Assembly (NCBI GenBank): GCA_964385465.1
Contig: CAYLPJ010000028.1
Location: forward strand, 11,789-75,788
Length of the DNA stretch: 64,000 bases
Origin: an uncultured Planctomycetaceae bacterium
Lineage (GTDB): Bacteria > Planctomycetota > Phycisphaerae > SM23-33
Direction: 5' to 3'
The translations under genes and the position numbers were made by a program. Shown one piece after another: positions 21,001 to 24,300 of the stretch (the stretch's first letter is position 1; the number at the start of each line of letters is the position of its first letter). The notes under the pieces were generated by a model that was not told the DNA's origin, searched no databases, and saw only the letters and a list, made by a program, of their open reading frames with translations.

Positions 21001-21997
21001 GCCCCGCGGCGACGGCTGCGGAGTCCAGCGCCTCGGCCTGCGCCACCACGTCGGCATTGGCGGCGGGCAGGACCAGGTCGGCCTGCATCCCCGCCCGCAG
21101 GCCGCCGCCGCTGAGTGTACTCAAGGCGAGCACCTGGATGCCCCCGCCGGCCGGTGCGGCGGTCTCCAGCACCGACAGCACCCAATCCGTCGCCCAGTTC
21201 GCCGGCTCGGCGACGCTGGTCCACTGCTGCCAGTGCGGCGCGTTCGATTGGTTCAGCCACCCCGCCGTCTCGGCATCCAGCAGGCCGCTGCCCGCGGCCG
21301 GGCTCAGTGTGGCTGCGTCGTCCACGGCCGCCTGAAACAGCTTCAGCGCCGCGGCGCTGTGCGGGTCGGCCGCGCCGTCCACCTCGACTGGTCGCCCTCG
21401 GGCGTCCACGAAGCCAAGATAGGCAAGACGCTGCTCGGCCCGCATCTGTGAGAGCATCCCCCCGGCCGGCTCGACCAGGGCCGTGCCATCGCCGACCGAC
21501 GAGAACCCGCCGTCTATCTCGACCGTTGCCGTCGCCGTCGTCGCCGCTCCGCCGACGTCGAGGAAGTCGTAGGTCAGCGAGAGAGTGCCCTGGAACCCGT
21601 CGGCCGCGGGGTTCGCATCCGTGCCGAGCCCCGACACCGTTGCCGGCGCGAGGTACAGCCGACCGGTCGCGGCGAAGGGGCGCCCGTCCACAGCGTCGCC
21701 GTAGAACAGCCTTCCGACGACCTGGTTGTCGGCGAGCAGGTCCCATGCTGCCGAGCCGGGGCTTTCGCGGAGCGTCACGGCCTCATCGGCAGTGCTGAGC
21801 GTGACGCCCTGAAGCTGAAAGCCGCCCTGCGCATCCCCCTCGAGTGAGCCGATGTCGACAAGAAAAACGTCCCCGGTGCGTCCGTGGACGTCGCTAAGCA
21901 AGATGCGCGGTTCGAGCGGCTCGAACTGCGCCTGGAGCCGCTCTGAATCAACTCTCCCTGTTACCCACGCGAACACCGACCGCGCGTCGAACGCCAT
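1..21997 (-). CDS. Giant multidomain surface/adhesin-like protein, at least 7,332 aa, C-terminus beyond the left window edge. N-terminal LEPR-x-LL-like motif, PG-binding-like module, about 1,000-aa RTX (GGxGxDxL) block, FG-GAP/VCBS block, LRR block, Cna-B/SdrD-B-like domain, at least four PKD-like domains
   Basis: Reverse-complement translation in the frame whose codon first bases are congruent to 1 mod 3 gives protein-like sequence with very high GC3 at every place sampled. Sampled positions were 79, 334, 1588, 2731, 5830 and 21445-21997. The frame is open from the ATG at 21997..21995 (preceded by an in-frame TAA at 22099..22097 with no other ATG between) to position 2. The ORF track lists no real-looking minus ORF here, as expected for an ORF with no stop inside the window. 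All listed plus-strand ORFs over 1-22000 have antisense-type composition. N-terminus reads [36 protein letters not shown]. Representative motifs: FG-GAP '[17 protein letters not shown]', RTX '[35 protein letters not shown]', LRR '[36 protein letters not shown]', PKD '[17 protein letters not shown]' and '[15 protein letters not shown]', Cna-B '[36 protein letters not shown]'. Confidence 0.8.
   Translation of the reverse strand, partial: [7332 protein letters not shown]
4500..8900 (-). repeat. FG-GAP/VCBS-type repeat block inside giant gene 1
   Basis: Minus-strand translations such as '[19 protein letters not shown]', '[15 protein letters not shown]' and '[22 protein letters not shown]' recur throughout this interval. 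Confidence 0.5.
12350..15500 (-). repeat. RTX / hemolysin-type Ca-binding nonapeptide repeat block (about 1,050 aa) inside giant gene 1
   Basis: Minus-strand translation shows hundreds of GGxGxDxL/I/F-type nonapeptides, for example '[82 protein letters not shown]'. The underlying DNA is a recurring GGCGGC/GACGAC-rich motif. Confidence 0.65.
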
Positions 21998-22039
21998 GGA
22001 TGTATCCTCGCTTTTCCAATCGCCATCATGGGAGTTCCC

Positions 22040-22068
22040 ATTGAACCACCGAATCTCCTGGGTGTCAA
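22040..22068 (-). promoter_or_regulatory. Putative sigma70-like promoter of giant gene 1: TTGACA-N17-TTCAAT
   Basis: On the minus strand, 'TTGACAcccaggagattcggtggTTCAAT' lies in a local GC dip about 40 nt upstream of the ATG at 21997. A 'gagga' Shine-Dalgarno-like element sits 7 nt before the ATG. It shares the 9-mer TTGACACCC with the putative promoter of giant gene 2. Confidence 0.35.
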
Positions 22069-22299
22069 TCGATATACGCCAATGCAAGAAGGGAACTTAC
22101 GAGCACACAGCCTTGTCGCGATCGATGGGAATGCCAGCCCCGCGCGGCCTGCGGTGCAACGTGCGCTCCACGTGGAGCCCACCCCGATTCACCCCCCCCT
22201 GGCCGCGAGGTCGCGTGGGTTCGAGTTCCACCTATGATTCGTGACGTGCACACAGGACGGCACGAAGTGTCGGCGAGCGTCCCCAAGAGGCGGGACCGT

Positions 22300-22530
22300 C
22301 TTGTGGTTGCCGCGCCGCGGCTGTGCAGCACGGCCACGCTGTTGCGATCCCGCTCGGAGGCGAAGTCGCCCTTGCCGGTCGTGCCCGTCGCGGCAAGGTC
22401 CGTGTCCCCGTCGGCGTCGAAGTCGCCCGTCGCCAGCGCCGTCGGGGCGTCGGGAAGCTGGTGAACGGTCCCCGCCCCGCCGTCCGGCGATTCCTGCCCA
22501 CGGGCTGCTGGTCGTCCCCGGCCGTTCTTG
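22300..22530 (-). pseudogene. Orphan FG-GAP-repeat coding remnant (no start codon) in the intergenic region upstream of giant gene 1
   Basis: The minus-strand frame reads '...RPARAGKNGRGRPAARGQESPDGGAGTVHQLPDAPTALATGDFDADGDTDLAATGTTGKGDFASERDRNSVAVLHSRG...'. It contains a canonical FG-GAP core 'LATGDFDADGDTDLAAT' but no upstream ATG. Only its degenerate tail appears in the ORF track, as 22065..22337(-). Confidence 0.35.
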
Positions 22531-22736
22531 CCTGCCCTGGCCGGTCGGTGGGGGCTCGGCCTCCATCGCCCATGGTGTGCATACGTTTCTCGAAGCGGCC
22601 TTCCGAGCTGCCATGGATGTCTGCGGGCGGAAAACCGCCATCGTGACCATCAGCCGCAAGGCGACTCGCCGATGCGGCTGCCCAGCCGCGTGACAAAGCC
22701 CTCGAAACGCCCCGTCGCCCGGCGTATCCTGTTGCC

Positions 22737-23885
22737 ATGGTCGAACCCAAGCGAACCTTCGCGGGCCTGGCCGTCGGCCCCAGTGCCGACGGCGTCGACG
22801 CCGTCCTCGCCGAGGTCACCGGCAAGGGCGAGCACCTCGCCGTCGCGCAGAAGCACGCCCTTACCCGGCCGATGCCCGAGGCGCTCGCCAAGCAGCTCCG
22901 CACCGTCGCGGGCGGGTGGGCCGAGCCGGCCGCGGGCATCGCACGGCTCGACCGGGACCTTGGGGCCTTCGTCGCCGAGACCGCACGCAAGCTGCTGCGC
23001 GACGCGGCGGCGCCGGCAAAGCACATCGCGGGCGTGGGGCTGATCGGTTACCCGGCCGCGCAGACCGCCCCGGCGGCCGCCGAGGGCAAGGGCTGCGGGC
23101 TGGAGTTGGGCTCGGCATCGCTGGTGGCGCGGGAGACGGCCCTGCCGGTGGTATCGGGCTTCTCCGCCAGCGATTACGCCGCCGGCGGCGTCGGGGGGCC
23201 GGTCTGGGCGTGGTGCGACTGGCGGATGTTCCGCCACCAGCGCCTCAGCCGCGTCGTCCTCCAACTGGGGGCGATCTGCACTCTGACGTTCGTGGGCAGC
23301 GACGCGGCCGCCTGCGACGTCGTCGCCTACGACACGGGACCGGGAACCGTCCTGATCGACGCGCTGGCCGCGAGGCTCTTCGACGCACCCATGGATGCCG
23401 ACGGTGCCGCCGCGGCACGAGGAGAGATCGACGAGGGACTGCTCAACGAGCTGATGGCCGGGGAGTTCTTCCAGATGCCCGCGCCGAAGAGGACGCATGT
23501 CGGCGAGTGGGGCGAGCGGGTGTTCCAGCGGCTGGAGATGATGGCGGGCAAGCACCGCTTGGATGCCGCCGGGCTGCTGACGACGGTCACCGAACTGACC
23601 GCCCGGGTCGCCGCCCGGGACGTGCTGGCGCTGACCGAGCGCCCGCACGAGGTCATTCTCGCCGGCGGAGGGGCGTTGAACATTCACCTCGCCGGGCGGA
23701 TCCGCAAGCTGCTCAGCCCGTGCAGCACCTACACGGCCGAGCGGTACGGTCTGGACCTCCGCGGGCACACGGCCACGGCGGCGGCGATGCTGGCGGCGGC
23801 GAGGCTGGACGGCTTCCCCGCCCATTGCCCCCGGGCCAGCGGCGCTGACGAGGCCGTCCTGCTCGGATCGCCGTGGGTACCGTGA
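22737..23885 (+). CDS. anmK: Anhydro-N-acetylmuramic acid kinase
   Basis: 382 aa. The N-terminal 'FAGLAVGPSADGVDAVLAEV' matches the AnmK 'GxMSGTSxDGIDxAL' motif. 'FSASDYAAGGVGGPVWAW' matches the 'DFRxxDxAAGGQGAPL' segment. The C-terminal half is ASKHA-kinase-like. Confidence 0.75.
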   Translation: MVEPKRTFAGLAVGPSADGVDAVLAEVTGKGEHLAVAQKHALTRPMPEALAKQLRTVAGGWAEPAAGIARLDRDLGAFVAETARKLLRDAAAPAKHIAGVGLIGYPAAQTAPAAAEGKGCGLELGSASLVARETALPVVSGFSASDYAAGGVGGPVWAWCDWRMFRHQRLSRVVLQLGAICTLTFVGSDAAACDVVAYDTGPGTVLIDALAARLFDAPMDADGAAAARGEIDEGLLNELMAGEFFQMPAPKRTHVGEWGERVFQRLEMMAGKHRLDAAGLLTTVTELTARVAARDVLALTERPHEVILAGGGALNIHLAGRIRKLLSPCSTYTAERYGLDLRGHTATAAAMLAAARLDGFPAHCPRASGADEAVLLGSPWVP

Positions 23886-24262
23886 CCCCCGGCGGCGAGG
23901 GCAGCGACGGCGGGTTGTACATCGCGGTCTTCGCCCTCGATCGGCCGAGGCGGCTCCGCGTGGGGCGGTTGGGGCGTTTCGACTTCCCGGCCGGGATGTA
24001 CTATTACGTAGGCAGCGCCCGCCGCGCCAGGGACGCCCGCCTGGCCCGCCATGGCCGGCGGCGAAAGCCGCTGCGATGGCATGTGGACTACCTTTCGACG
24101 AAGGCGGTCATGCTGGGAGCGATCCTGGTCGATGCCGCCTCCGCGAGCGAATGCGGGCTCGCCGCGGCGCTGGCTGAGCGCTACCCCCGCCACGTGCGGA
24201 ACTTCGGCGCATCGGACTGCCGCTGCGGCGGACACCTGTTCCACGAGCCGCCAGTCGTATGA
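23873..24262 (+). CDS. DUF123 / GIY-YIG-like domain protein
   Basis: 129 aa. 'GLYIAVFALDRPRRLRVGRLGRFDFPAGMYYYVGSA...RLARHGRRRKPLRWHVDYL...FGASDCRCGGHLF' follows the DUF123 (Uri/GIY-YIG superfamily) pattern. It overlaps the 3' end of anmK by 13 nt. Confidence 0.6.
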   Translation: MGTVTPGGEGSDGGLYIAVFALDRPRRLRVGRLGRFDFPAGMYYYVGSARRARDARLARHGRRRKPLRWHVDYLSTKAVMLGAILVDAASASECGLAAALAERYPRHVRNFGASDCRCGGHLFHEPPVV

Positions 24263-24300
24263 GGTCGATCGCAACTGCCAGTTAAGCAAGGAGTTGGCGT

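Noticed and set aside
387-21746. Minus-strand listed ORFs inside 1-22000 (for example 387..1022, 5139..5867, 9591..11153, 20181..21746), all extremely Arg/Gly/Pro-rich
   Set aside because: They are out-of-frame relative to the real minus-strand reading frame (codon first bases congruent to 1 mod 3). R-rich composition is the signature of the +1/+2 frames of GC-rich genes.
22215-22239. tRNA-like T-arm motif 'GTGGG-TTCGAGT-TCCAC' on the plus strand. It could be a tRNA gene or an att-site remnant.
   Set aside because: I could not complete a cloverleaf. There is no acceptor-stem complement to the downstream 'ctatgat', no D-arm or anticodon arm, and no CCA. It may be chance or a very short fragment, so I am not calling a tRNA.
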